A stretch of DNA of 63,747 bases, filler included, from Olpidium bornovanus S191 (lineage: Eukaryota > Fungi > Olpidiomycota): NCBI GenBank assembly GCA_017911155.1. It is 29 parts of 29 records of this genome, joined end to end, with 100 filler letters (N's around TTAATTAATTAA, not from the genome) between each part and the next. Parts side by side here need not be neighbours in the genome. Positions count along the whole stretch, not along the records: positions 24,428 to 25,534 come from JAEFCI010012102.1; positions 25,635 to 27,202 come from JAEFCI010004332.1; positions 27,303 to 28,742 come from JAEFCI010008922.1; positions 28,843 to 31,097 come from JAEFCI010008259.1; positions 31,198 to 34,999 come from JAEFCI010006718.1; positions 35,100 to 37,417 come from JAEFCI010012680.1; 23 more parts are not named here. The stretch is one strand, 5' to 3'. A model generated the notes under the pieces. It made no database searches, was not told the origin of the DNA, and worked only from the letters and a program-made list of their open reading frames with translations. Made by a program: the position numbers and the translations under genes. Positions 24,780 through 36,927 of the stretch are shown in pieces; the stretch's first letter is position 1, and each line of letters opens with the position of its first letter.

Positions 24780-24999
24780 TGTTATTCCCGAACCGTTATT
24801 AGGTTTTGGTCTACAGCAGTTCTTTCGCTTTCGCCGTCACGCCCGTGACTGTAGCGTCAAGCCACGTGACCGTAACCCTCGCGCCACGTGACCGTAACCA
24901 CCAGAAGCGGTTCAGGTCCGCCGCCGAAGTCGGCTTACACCTTCATATTTGTAACAAAGTCTTTTAGTGTCGTGCGCTTTCGGCGCGATCAGGACTACA
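24780..24999 (+). repeat. Possible solo-LTR-like unit with an internal 17-bp direct repeat
   Basis: TGTTATT...GACTACA ends and GCCACGTGACCGTAACC twice. No target-site duplication found. Confidence 0.25.
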
Positions 25000-25001
25000 A
25001 T

Positions 25002-25315
25002 TGTTGGGAAAAGACCAAGTCTAGCTCGAGGTTCGAGGACCGGATCGGGATCGGGATCGAGGTGTGAATTTTGGCTCTGGGGCTCTATCTAGAACTATGA
25101 GGTTCTGGGTCTTTTATAGGCGTGTCGGTGTGCAGCCCGCGCCCTATTGACGGCTTGTAGTCCTTTGCGTGAGCGCGGCGTGTCTGCGTGTGTGGCGTGT
25201 CTGCGTGTGTGGTGTGTCCGCGTGTGTGGTGTGCCCGCGGGTGTGTGGGTGAGCCGTTGTATTGGCTCACCCCTTGATCGTTGACGCAGTTGACGCAGTG
25301 CATTCGGGTTTGGCA
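25002..25315 (-). repeat. Probable solo-LTR-like element
   Basis: The minus strand reads CCAAT box, several short CACACACGC-type tandem units, TATAAAAG, and ends TTTTCCCAACA, a typical LTR 3' end. The start is uncertain and there is no TSD. Confidence 0.4.
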
Positions 25316-25634
25316 GGGGTTTCAGATTAAACGGCGCCGTCCCCCGGCAGTGCGTTTAGGCCCATTGTTATTGTTTGTGTGTTCTCGTCCCCTTCCCCCC
25401 CCTTTGCCGTCACCCGCACGCGCGCGGAACACACGCAAACGCGGAACACACGCAAAAAACGATTTTCCGCACTCGCTCTCGCACTCCCCACCCTTATTCC
25501 CCTCCCGCGGAAAAAAAAAAAAAAAAAAAAAAAANNNNNNNNNNNNNNNNNNNNNNNNNNNNNNNNNNNNNNNNNNNNTTAATTAATTAANNNNNNNNNN
25601 NNNNNNNNNNNNNNNNNNNNNNNNNNNNNNNNNN

Positions 25635-26765
25635 CATGCCAGGAGCATTGGCTGCAGGTACGTCGGAGTTGGATTGGTAGGACTTGACGTCTGCCGCTAT
25701 CGACGCCGCTTCGTTGATCCTGTCGATGGGATGATTGTAAATCGCCAGCACTGCGGGATCGGGAGAATTCGATCGTCCCGGCCCGGTCAGGCCGTCACTG
25801 GTGTTGGCATCCGAGGAGAAAGCATAAACGTTTTCGGCCGCCTTGGGATGCAGGACGCTGTGGGCAGACGGGGGGCGGAAAGCCACCACCTCCTCCAACA
25901 GGCCAGGGATCTGTTGCCGCGCCTCCTCGACCAGCCGCTTTTCTTCCGCCAGCGTTCGGCCGGAGATGTAGCTGCGTATGCCGAGCCAGAGCGCGTCAGC
26001 GTACTCTTTCTCCGAATCCGTCGTCCTCGAAATCCTTGTCGTCTCCGACTTGATCACGTCCCCGTTGAGTACGGACGAAAGCATCCCCTGCCACTCTATC
26101 CGCTCGTTGCTCGCCTCCGCCCGCGGGGACGGGAGTTCCGCGCAGTGCGGGGCGACGAGCCCGTGCAGCTGGCCTCCGCAAACCCTGCCCGGCTTCCCCG
26201 CCGCCTGCGCCGCCGCCCCTCCGGCCTCCGCCGCTTCGGCCTGGGGCGACGGCAGCGCGTCCATCGCCGTGGTGAGCTTCCTCCGCACGGCCGACAACGG
26301 CGGCGCGGCCGCGGGATCGGCCGCGGCGGGGAACCGGGCGGCGGCGTCGCCCCGCGCGGGCGTCCTCGCCGACGGCGACGCGGAACCCGCGCACCCGCGC
26401 CCGAAACCGCGCCGGAAGCGCGGCTTTCCGGCGGCGCCCTCGAGCGTCCGCTGCTTTCCCCGCCGTCCGCGCGCCGCCCCCTCCTCCTCCCCGCCGCTGT
26501 TGACCCCGGCGGCGGGGTCGCCGGCCCACAACGGCTCGCGCCGGCCCGGCCGCGCGCGGCAGCAGCAGCTTTCGCCCTCGCGCTCGGTCTCGGACCCGCC
26601 GGTGTCGGTGTCTTCGTCGTCGCAAGCGTCGGGCGTCCCCGCGCACGCGCACGCGCCGCCGCCCGACCAGTGCGCGTACGGCAGGAAGAGGCCCTCCACC
26701 CACAGCGTCGGGTTGGTCGGCGGGAGTTCCATACTCAAATTCGGCTTCCGGTGAAAGGACGACAT
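25635..26765 (-). CDS. SSK2: Stress MAP kinase kinase kinase (Ssk2/Wis4/SskB family), N-terminal region, 3'-partial
   Basis: RIEWQGMLSSVLNGDVIKSETTRI and LWLGIRSYISGRTLAEEKRLVEEAR match the conserved non-catalytic block of Ssk2-type kinases. The kinase domain is off the contig. Confidence 0.8.
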
Positions 26766-26831
26766 CCTGGGGGAGGGGGAGCGGGGGGGAAGGGGGGAGA
26801 GACCCTGCGGTAATCGCGCGCGCAATGGGGT

Positions 26832-26877
<46 letters not shown>

Positions 26878-26890
26878 CGGCGGGGCGGGG

Positions 26891-26924
<34 letters not shown>

Positions 26925-27153
26925 GGAGAACCGGGAGGCGCGGGGGAAGGGGCCAGGAAGCACAGACGACAGCCGGTCCAGAGACCGCTTGCGAACAACG
27001 CCTCCCTCCTCGCCGGAAGCCCGCGCGAGTGCCGCGCGTTGAGAGGTCCTCCCGACGTCGGGCTGGTGTGGGGGAGGTCGACGCCGGGGTGGCGTGTGCG
27101 TGGGGCGAAGCGAGAGAGTGGGCGGGCGGGGGGGGGGGGGGGGGGGGGGAGGG

Positions 27154-27169
27154 CTCTCTCTCTCTCTCT

Positions 27170-27202
<33 letters not shown>
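27154..27202. repeat. (TC)n microsatellite at a contig end, next to a G run
   Basis: Read directly, with one AG interruption. Confidence 0.95.
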
Positions 27203-28842
27203 NNNNNNNNNNNNNNNNNNNNNNNNNNNNNNNNNNNNNNNNNNNNTTAATTAATTAANNNNNNNNNNNNNNNNNNNNNNNNNNNNNNNNNNNNNNNNNN
27301 NNATCCCCCCGTCCCTTCCCGCGCCCGCGACTCGCGTTTGGAATCTGTGAAACCCCGACGCAAAAAGAAATTCGACGTAAAAAAGAAAATGACTCCGGTT
27401 TCAAACCCTCCTATATCCTCATGTATTTGTTGTGCCGTTCTTCCTAACCTCCCCCCTCCCCCCCTATTCTCCCTCCCCGCCCCTTTCCTCTCGGATGCTG
27501 AGGATGAGCGACAGGCCACCGCCATCTGCCGTCTTGAATCTTCTCCTTGAACATTTTCCGCCAGGTCTTTGCCCGGGTTTGCTACCAGCGTGGGCGGTTA
27601 TGATGACCTTGGCACTTCAAAATTCTCCGCGTTCTCGTTCGCCTTGCCGAGAAAATACACGCACGGTCCGCTGGGAAGTTGCGTCAGGCCGAGTCGGATG
27701 AGTAAGTGAAACGCGCGACCTTCGACTCCGGACGTGACCTCTCTGCTTCGGCTCGTTCGAGAGCACGCTGCGGGCGGCAGACGGGGCTTAACCTTCAGGC
27801 TGTCCCGTGGGCAGTATCTTTCTTTAATCCGCGGCTGAGATAGGCGGGGATGACATCTCGCTGGCGAATTGCGCACGGAACCGTCCGTGGACCGCCGGTC
27901 TCCAGTTGCATTTGCTCGCGCCACCGCCATCAATTTGCTGAGCTGCGTTGCCCTCAATTGTTTCCTGGTATGTCCGCGGTGTTCCGGCCCGTCGTAGGTT
28001 TTGCAGTCGCGGCGCTCTCGTCCGACGGGTCCTGCGATTGCGCGTGCGATTTCGGGCCGGACGGCCAGGCCCGTCTTTCTATGTACTAAGCGACCGCGGG
28101 CAGCCCCCTCCTGCGAGTGCCGACGCGTGCTCCCAGGTCGTGGCGACGGTGTGGCCTGCCCGTCGGATTTTTGATTTGAGGGTCCCTCTCTCGGTATAAT
28201 TGGTGCGATCGTATCCGGCCGACGGGGCGTTCGGGCTCCCGTGTCGCTTGCTGCTTCGCCCGAACATCGGCCGTTGGGGCGTCGCCTTTTGGATGCCTCA
28301 CGGTCCCAAAACTCATCTATAACGACGCCATACCGTTCGATGACGTTTTCGTTGGTCGAGTCCCCGGTTAGACATTTTAGTCTGGTCCACTACTTTGGTA
28401 GACAGCTCCGGAAGTAATGCTTAATGCTAAATGCTATACATCAGTTTAAATCTGATTAAAATAATTAGAGTCGATGCGCCTTGCTCGTTTGTTAATATCC
28501 GATCGACGTCAGCTTCTAGGAGGGGGGAGCGAGCTTTCCATCGTCGTTTTCTTCAAATCCAGGGCAGACGCGCGTACGGGACATTCCCAATGGCCTCCTC
28601 AAGCGGTCCATCCTATGTTATCCTCTGCGATGACAATCGAGGGGAGGCAGGCCGCCGTCGAGGCGAGGGAGGGGTGAGCAGTTTCAGAGGCAACAGACCG
28701 TATCTCGGACCACAGCTTCATAGAATTCACAGAATCCACATGNNNNNNNNNNNNNNNNNNNNNNNNNNNNNNNNNNNNNNNNNNNNTTAATTAATTAANN
28801 NNNNNNNNNNNNNNNNNNNNNNNNNNNNNNNNNNNNNNNNNN

Positions 28843-30455
28843 AGCGCGTTCCTGAACTGACGCTGTAGTATTAACGCAGACACCAGCTGATTCGTCTCAT
28901 CTCGTGTGAATTCGACGCCCAAGCGTTTGAGAACGTCGGAAATCTGCAGCACCGCCAGGCATGTCTGTCGCACAGCCTCACGATTTCTCAAGTCTTCCAC
29001 CCGTTGCAGGTTCCGCAGTATCCACCGCAGGCATTCAAGGTCGAAGAAACCTTTTGAAAGGCACTTGGCGACGTTGCTGAAAGCTCGCAGCGCGTACCGG
29101 TGGTCAACGCGGACCGGAGATGTGTCGATGGGACCGCCAGGTTGGGTTACGGCGGCCTGCGAAAAATTGCAGCTCAGGCCGCATGATGCAAGAATCGCGT
29201 ACGAATTGTCGCGGCGGTTTACCACGTCCAACACGGCCAGCATGAGCTCATCCAAAACCTTGGCGTCGTCATAGCTCTGCTGCGCTTTCTTAATACTGCG
29301 TATCAGCTTAACGGCCACCTCCATTGTCCAAACGGTGCCTCGAGCCTCCATCTCCGCAACCAGGATAGCCGCCAACGTGGCATTTTCCAACACCTCTTCG
29401 CCATTGCCGGCCCCTTCCCGAATCATGAGATGGAACGGAAGCTCATCTTCGATTCCCGGGGCGCTTTCCCAAAGGGACATGATCGTGGTGTCCGCCTCCG
29501 CAAACTGTCCCAGCGCGGCATACGCGTATGCGTGCTGAAGGGTCTCGTGGTTGTTGAAAAACGTGCTTTTCAGCCGATCCGCGCCCCGCTCCCGCCTCCT
29601 CTGGAATCTCATGTCGTCGCTGATCTTAATAATAAGCTCCGCTGCGCTCCTGTCGCAAGGGATGCCCAGGTCGCGGAGCAGGCACCGCAGCCCCTGGAGG
29701 TCAAGGAATGTGTCGTACCTCTGCCACGCTTCCGTGCTCGACAGAGCCGGTCGGTTTTTCAGCAAAAGTTCTGAAGGGAAGTGGGAAACGAGCGTCACCC
29801 CCGGCAACCCGCAGCGCTCCAGATCGTCAGCTGCAGACACTGGTCCGGCGAGGATGGCGGCGAACAGTGCCTCGTATTCCGCGCTCTCCAGTGGAACACC
29901 GCGCTGCCTCGTCCTCAGCAGTTGTGTAAGCACTTCACGGACGTCCCCAAGTAAAGCGAGATCAGAAAGTGACACGGTTTCCGCACCGGCGACACTTTCC
30001 TCTGCTCGTCGAAATGATTCGTTTCGCCACTTCGATTCTCGGTCACCGGCAAAGCGTTCTTCCGGCTCTTTCAAGAGCTCCGCAAAAAAGAACTCCAACG
30101 GTTGAATCGGACGAACTCGTAATTCCGCCGCCAAAAGTTCGTCCGCGCTCGCGCTGCTCCCGCAAATAGCCGCGTTCGCCGCTCGCCGGACGCCTCCTGG
30201 CGCGAACAACCTCGGCGGTTGAGGCCCGGAACGTGTACGTATCGGAGCCCCCTTCTTGGCCTTCGCGCACGGCCCGTCGGTGTCGTCCCACTGCGCGGCG
30301 TGCAGCGCACCGTGTCTTCGGCTCGCGGAGACGCAATCCCGCCGCGCGGCGGACAGAGACCGTACGACCGTGGAACCCGCAGGGAAAGCAAGGGCGGCTT
30401 TTTGCGCAGCAGCTCCGGGGACTTTAACGCGGCCGCGTCCGACTCGCCCCAACAT
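28843..30455 (-). CDS. Putative mitochondrial helical-repeat (PPR-like) protein, 3'-partial
   Basis: More than 530 open codons from MLGRVGRGRVK, an Arg/Ala/Ser-rich presequence-like start. Helical segments such as HAYAYAALGQFAEADTTIMSLWE and VAEMEARGTVWTMEVAVKLIRS are PPR-like. The family call is inference. Confidence 0.45.
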
Positions 30456-31916
30456 GTCGGGTTGGCCTTTGAAGCGGGGTCGGCGCAGCGGCCGAAGACC
30501 CGCGGAGGCGGGGTTTGTTTCCGCCAAGCGGATGTTACGTATGTATATTCTATGTGTGTGTGTGTGTGTGTCTTGTGTCTGTGTGTGGGCATTTATCGAC
30601 GCCGTTTGGAACCGCCCATGGGAACACGGTCCGACCCGGAAGTTTGCGCCGGACACCCAACAGGAGGAACATCTCCACGACACAGGCGCAAGCGCACGCA
30701 GCCGTTTCGTCGCGGTATCTGCGCGATGTTAGCGGCGCTTTAAGCTCGCTCAAAGTCTCTGCGCGACATCAAGGCGACGTTGCGGCATGCACAGGTGAGG
30801 CGAGGCGGGGGATTTTGGTATTTCAGGCCAGTATGACGTCAATTTAATTTCAAGCCGCGAGAGGCAAAAGCCAACAGAGGCACCACCATGCCTCATTTCT
30901 TGATGTTGTGATGACACCAAAGCGTCAAGGAGGGGTAACAGCCCTGCCGTGCGCTTGACATCAATCGTGCAGACACCATGTGAGTGCCATTCCAAAAGAA
31001 CCCAGTGCAACATCCCAAAAAAGTGGATGAATAATATTTTGTAATATCTGGCCTTAACGCACGGACTGCCGTGGTAATGTGAAGCAAGATATGTACGNNN
31101 NNNNNNNNNNNNNNNNNNNNNNNNNNNNNNNNNNNNNNNNNTTAATTAATTAANNNNNNNNNNNNNNNNNNNNNNNNNNNNNNNNNNNNNNNNNNNNAGG
31201 GGGAAACGTTCTGATTGGCTGAGCTCGATGACAGACGGACGGACGTTTTTTCACGCCAGACACTGGGTTTCACCCTAACGGGCTCACCCAGCATTAATCG
31301 TAAGGCGGAGATGGAGGGAGGAGGCGTGTGTGGGGATCTGCCGTGCAGTCGGCTTATCCCCCCACCACCATCACCACATTTTGCTCCCTCAGGACCAAAA
31401 TCTGGCGGGCCGGGGACGAGTCGACGTGACTCGTTCCTCTAGGAAGAGTTTGCGTTGGCGAGGTGTGACATATTCGCTTGTTTGGGGGGGTGGGGTGCTC
31501 GTTGCTATGGCACCGGAATCGACGCGTTTTTGCTTACACCTTGGACCAGCACCGTTTACAACACGCCTCTCACATCTTTGAAAGGATGTTACAAAACACG
31601 ATCGTCTGCCAATTTCCGACCTTGTGCGCGACACGCCCAAAAAAGCCCTTCTCCCCCGTTCCCAACGCAACCGAACTCCGCGCGGGCTTCTCGCGACAAG
31701 ACGTGCGTCCGCTGATCTCTCTCCCTTTCTCCTTCCCCGTTTAAGACTCCGCTCGAAAAAAGGACCCCGCAAAAGAAAATCCTTGGCGAAATCCCTTCTC
31801 CTTCCAACACCTCGTTTCGCTGTCGCTCCAAGCCGCCTGCGACAAGCCGTCGTTTTCTGGCCCCGTTGGCAATTCCCAGTGTCCGCCAAAGCAGAGTAGA
31901 TTTTTCCCGGTTGAAC

Positions 31917-32636
31917 ATGCCTTTCAAGCTCGTCTTAAGCCTCCACCGCCACAACCACGTCGGCGCCAGCGAATGGAACGACGGGGACCAGCCGAGCGGG
32001 GGCTCTCGCGAGAAAAAGCTCGCTCGCAAATCCCGTGGCGGCGCGCACCGCAGCGGGAACCCCGTCGCCGCTCTCTTCGCGCGCGCCCTCAGGCGCGACA
32101 CCAGCAACCACAACAGCAACTGCGGCGCCGAGGGCCGCGAGGACCGTCCTGAGGCCGGGGGGGAGCAGGCGCAGCAGCAGCGGGCGGAAGGGTGCGGGTC
32201 TTCTCAGACGCTCCACGACGGCGCCGGGCGGCGCCGGGAGGAGGACGCGGAGGGCAAACAGGAGGAGGAGCACGGGGGATCGAAGAAAAAGGGCGGCGAG
32301 TTCCGCAAGATCTTCGCCAAGCTTCAAAAGCTGCTCGGGCGCAAGGAGAAGAGGATGCCCCCCGCCAACAAGCGCTTCGAGCCGGGACCCATCTACTGGC
32401 GCCGCAGCGTAGAAACGGTGACAGAGTCGCTGGAGGACTTGCCGGGCGACCGCCGCGCTTTGGGCGGGTCCCTGGAATCGGTGAGGTCGGCAGAAAGGTT
32501 GGGGGTTGTGAGCAACAACGCGATTGCGGTACGCACTTCCCCAGGCCCCCTCCGCCCCCACGCCCCCCTGCATCTCTCCCCTCCCCCGTTTTGGAAGAGA
32601 GAAGAACAAAAAAGCGAACGGGTTCGCCTGCAGTAA
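31917..32636 (+). CDS. Hypothetical charged/disordered protein (may be an exon or spurious)
   Basis: 240-codon open frame only, with no recognisable domain and long overlapping ORFs on the other strand. Confidence 0.25.
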   Translation: MPFKLVLSLHRHNHVGASEWNDGDQPSGGSREKKLARKSRGGAHRSGNPVAALFARALRRDTSNHNSNCGAEGREDRPEAGGEQAQQQRAEGCGSSQTLHDGAGRRREEDAEGKQEEEHGGSKKKGGEFRKIFAKLQKLLGRKEKRMPPANKRFEPGPIYWRRSVETVTESLEDLPGDRRALGGSLESVRSAERLGVVSNNAIAVRTSPGPLRPHAPLHLSPPPFWKREEQKSERVRLQ

Positions 32637-34660
32637 AAAAGAAAGGGTGAACAAATCTCCCCTCACCAGCCAAAAAGTTCAACTTGCTGGCGAGCCGGCT
32701 TCCTCACCTACCTCCTTCCCCCCCCCCCCCCCCCCCCCCCCTCTTCCACCTCTTTCTTTTATCTCACAAATTTGCAGGTGCGCGACGTCGACGGTCATAT
32801 AATCAAAGTTCTTCGTCCATTCAGCGACAAAGAGCTGAAAGTCGGGCGGGCCGCCAAGGTCGAGATGGTATGAATCACGGCGCGGAGGACAAGATCCCCG
32901 TGTTCCCGACAGATACGAAACCGAGCGTGGTTGGCTGAATATCCCTCTCTCTTCCCCCCCTCTCTTTTCCGCTTACTCTCTTTCTCTCTTCTTCTCTCCA
33001 CCTCTCTCGCTGTCGCACTGTCTCCCCTACCCCGCAGACTGAGACCGAGCGCGACCGTAACTCTGTATGCGGTAGGGTTAACGTTCCGGGAAAAATTTCA
33101 AACAGCCTTGAAAAGGTAAACTGTGGGAGTGAATTTACATTTAGTTAGTAGTGTAAATGTTAATTCTATAGTTAAGATTCAAGTCTAATTCAGGCACCTG
33201 AAAAAGGAATATTAGTTGCACACCTTTTCGCTTTGTTTGGCAGCGAGACTCATCCCAGTTTTTGCAATTGTTCTTTAAAGATTACGGAACAGGAGCCGTT
33301 TGAGGAAGAGGATCCGCTCGAGGTCGCGGTGACCATTGAACAGGTACGGCCGCAAAAGCGTGGCGGAAAGCCTGTCGCTCCCTATCCGGAAACCTACGGG
33401 GCTGAATCTTTCGGGCGTTTATCTTGTTTGCAGGGAAAACACCGAGCAGCGCACCGCCGGTGCTCGCTGGAATCAGCCAACCTCAACACCGTGCGTCGAA
33501 ATCTCTCTTTTTGCGGGCAGCTTTCTGCTAAATCCCTCCCACGATGACAGATGTCTTGACGCGTTTTCACCTTGACCATCACAGATTTCCGAATAGACAG
33601 TTTTTTTTATTTTCACCTGGTCCGTTCGTTGTTACATTCATTTGGACCGTTTTGTTTTCGGCTGACAATTAGTTTCATCTTCGTTCGGACCGTTCGTATT
33701 CAAATCTTCGTATAGACCATTCGTATTTGTTCTTCGATTAAACCGTTCTTTTTCCATTAATCTCCATCATCGGGTGCTCCGTTAAGAATAAATGCGTCCT
33801 GCTTTCTCCAGCGCTGAAGTGGAGCACATTGGGGCATTGGGGGTGGGCGCGCCAATCATCTGGATCTGTCACATTTTGCCAGAACTCCTCAACTAGCACG
33901 CTTTGCGGATGCTTCCCCCCCCCTCTTCCCGCGCTGTCCGTGATTAACAACAGTTGCATCATGGAAACTCGTAATCATCAATGGCCATTTATATCTTCGT
34001 TCTTTGTCCATACTAGAGAAGGCCGGGGAATGTCCTAAAATTCATTCAAACCTGCTTTGGTGCGTTATGCCCTTCTGTGCAAGCGAAGGCGCTGGAATTT
34101 TATCTACCGCATGCGCATAATAATCCGCGTGCCCCGAGCCGACCCGTCGTAACACTAATTCGCGTTGGCGCCCTTTTCCTTGATGCTTTTTGCGATCTGA
34201 CGACGTTGATCGGCGTGGATACGCCCGCCTGACTTTTTTGGCCCCGACCTTTTCGCTCCGCCGCCGGTCGCCCGAATGCTCCAGGGGGGCGTACGTCGAG
34301 TTTTTCTGCGCTCCGAAAATCTTTTCTTGAGCCCGAAACCGGGGATGAAATTCTCAGACTTTTCCCGTCGTCGAAAGCGACCGCGGTTTCCGTAATCCCG
34401 GCGACAGAATTCCCTGGGAACGGCCGCCCTTCGGCAAAATGCCCACTCGTTGCACCCATCTCCCCTGCTCCCCGCCCTCCCCCGCACATCCTTCCTCCCC
34501 CGCTTCGGGGCCGCCCGGTCTTCTGCGTCTTCTCATTTCGCCTGCCAGCAAACGAAAATCGGCCGCTCGATCGACCGCTTTCCGCTTCGCAGAAAAGGAT
34601 CTCTTTTTGCCTCCGCACACGACCCCCACCCCCCTCCCCTCCCCCGGCCTCACTCGAAAA

Positions 34661-34978
34661 ATGCAGGTTCAAGCCACCTCGATAACCGTCGCGGCAACGG
34701 TAGCGCTGCTCCTCCTCGGCGCTGGCCCCGCGGCTTCGGACCTTGTCTATAATGCGGCCGATTGGCCCGAGATCAACGCCCCGGTGTTGACCGGCTCTGG
34801 CGCGCCCGTGCCCGCGGCGAATCAAGCGTTCAGCGCCGAGGTCGCCTTCACCGCCACTTCCAACCTGCCGGGCGTGGTGTCCGCGGCGAACAACCCGCAA
34901 TCCGGGGGCGTGTGCCCCACAACCGGCTCCTTCGGTGCGAACGGCTCCTGTTGGTGGACATGCGCTTACGGGTTGGAC
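34661..34978 (+). CDS. Secreted protein, first exon; resembles the N-terminus of fungal chitin deacetylases (CE4); 3'-partial
   Basis: Signal peptide (MQVQATSITVAATVALLLLGAGPAAS), then WPEINAP..VCP..GSCWWTC and a GTACGT donor at 34979. CWWTC precedes the NodB domain in Mucoromycota and basidiomycete deacetylases. The catalytic domain is not on the contig. Confidence 0.5.
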
Positions 34979-35125
34979 GTACGTTCTCTCTCCCTCCCCN
35001 NNNNNNNNNNNNNNNNNNNNNNNNNNNNNNNNNNNNNNNNNNNTTAATTAATTAANNNNNNNNNNNNNNNNNNNNNNNNNNNNNNNNNNNNNNNNNNNNA
35101 CATGACCAACACCCGCCCACACCGA

Positions 35126-35229
<104 letters not shown>

Positions 35230-35708
35230 GTAAGGGTGCGCGGGTAATAAATGTACACGGTTTCCTCAAGGGTTTCTCCCGAGGGGGGAAGGTGGCGGAA
35301 AAGAAACGGGCGGCGGGTTGTGGAAGGAATGGGCAACGGGGTGGGAGGGAAAAGGGTGGGGGAAAGGGAATACTTTACCAGAAAAGGGATATCCCGGCCA
35401 AAAAGCGCGAGCAGAAGCGCTCTCAGATCCGGATCGCGCTGCGCGGCGGCTTTGACCACCGTCTCATCACCACGAAAGCCAACACGAGGAGCAGCGCGAA
35501 CGCGACCCCCGCGACCTGTGAAAGACGGGGCAAAAAAAAAAACGCGAGGAGGGGGGGAGGAAATATCAGAACTAAACACGGACCGACCGAAGCACGTCGG
35601 CGGATGCAACCAAAAAAAAAAGGGAGAAGAGGGGGCGGGGTTGGTGGGGTGGGTCTCAGGGACCCGAAAAAAAATCGCATATTATCAAACTGCCGCCCCC
35701 GACCGCAC

Positions 35709-36584
35709 CTGGTGAGGAGAGCCGACCGTGGCGGCTCCCCGCTCCGAGGGGGCCGCCGCGGCGCCGGCGACGGTCCGCGGGACGAGTTTCGGCGGGAGCT
35801 CCGGCCCCGGGTGACCGGGAAGCGGGCCGGCGCCGAGGCTCGCGGCGGAACTGTCGCGCGGGCCCGAGGCCGGCCCGCCTGCAGTAATGATCGCCGCCAA
35901 CGTCGCCGGGGGCTCGTCGTCCCGCTCGCCGGTGCGGGCCCGCGATCCCGGAGGGTCGCCGGCGGCCGGGCCGGGGCAACCGGGCCCGGGCCCGGGCCCG
36001 CCGGGGGCGGCCGCGGGGTCCGACGCGCCGTCCGCCGGCGGCGCCCCCGGAGGGCCGGCGGGCTTTCCGCCGCCGGCGCCGCCGCGCTCCGGCTCGGCGG
36101 AGGTCGTCGGCCGCGGGGCGCCCGGGGTCCAGGGCGGAGCGCACACGGCACTCGTGCACGTCCACGCCGCGCCGCCCCCGCAGTCCGCGCGGGATCCGCA
36201 GCACCCCCCGCCGCCGGGCGCGGGCTCCCGGCCGGGAAACGCCTCCGCGGCGGCGGCGCCGGCCCCCGCGCACGGCGGGCACGGGTACTGGCAGTACCCC
36301 TCCAGGCAGGTCAGCCCCTGGGCGCAGCGCAGCTCGCCCGGGCCGACGGAGTAGTCCGTCTGCGGCGGGTCCCGGCAGTTCGCCCCCGCCGGCAGGCTGC
36401 CCCGCAGCGCCGCGCGGAGACACCGGAACGACCCGGCCGCGAAGAGCACGCAGTCGTGGCCGGGCGCGCACCGCAGGTTGCAGAAGCGCTGCTGCTGCGG
36501 CTGCGGCTGCGGCTGCTGCTGCTGCTGCTGCTGCTGCTCCTCCTCGCGGCCTGCGCCGAGGGGCGGCGTGGCAGGCTGGTCCAT
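35709..36584 (-). CDS. Cysteine-rich modular protein with polyQ and a Gly/Pro/Ala tail; one large exon, ends uncertain
   Basis: 292 open codons from MDQPAT to a GTGCGG donor, with three Cys clusters of disulfide-module spacing. Confidence 0.5.
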
Positions 36585-36753
36585 GTCCCGCGGGGATGTG
36601 CCCGAGGCGGTGCGGGGGGGGGCTGGGGTGTCGAGTGAGTGCCTCGGGAGAAGAAGAAGAGGAGGAGGGGGGGGCTCCTTTCCCTTTCTCTCTCTCTCTC
36701 TCTTTCTCTCTCTGCCCCAGGCCAATGTTGCACACATTCTCGCCGTCTTGAGG

Positions 36754-36786
<33 letters not shown>

Positions 36787-36833
36787 CCTTGGGTCCGGCA
36801 CGTCCCCCGCGGGGACGCCCGCGCTTTTGAAAA

Positions 36834-36927
36834 ACCGCCCTGGAAGTCTCTGCAGGCGCGCCCGATCATCCGCTCAGACGACCGCCCTGGAAGTCTCTGC
36901 AGGCGCGCCCGATCATCCGCTCAGACG
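36834..36927. repeat. Perfect 47-bp tandem duplication
   Basis: accgccctggaagtctctgcaggcgcgcccgatcatccgctcagacg at 36834-36880 and 36881-36927. Confidence 0.95.

Noticed and set aside
33172-33190. AGATTCAAGTCT as a tRNA T-arm
   Set aside because: Only a 3-bp stem, with no acceptor, D or anticodon arms.
33280-33303. DYGTGAV, a leucyl-tRNA synthetase-like motif
   Set aside because: It is followed immediately by TGA and has no flanking similarity.
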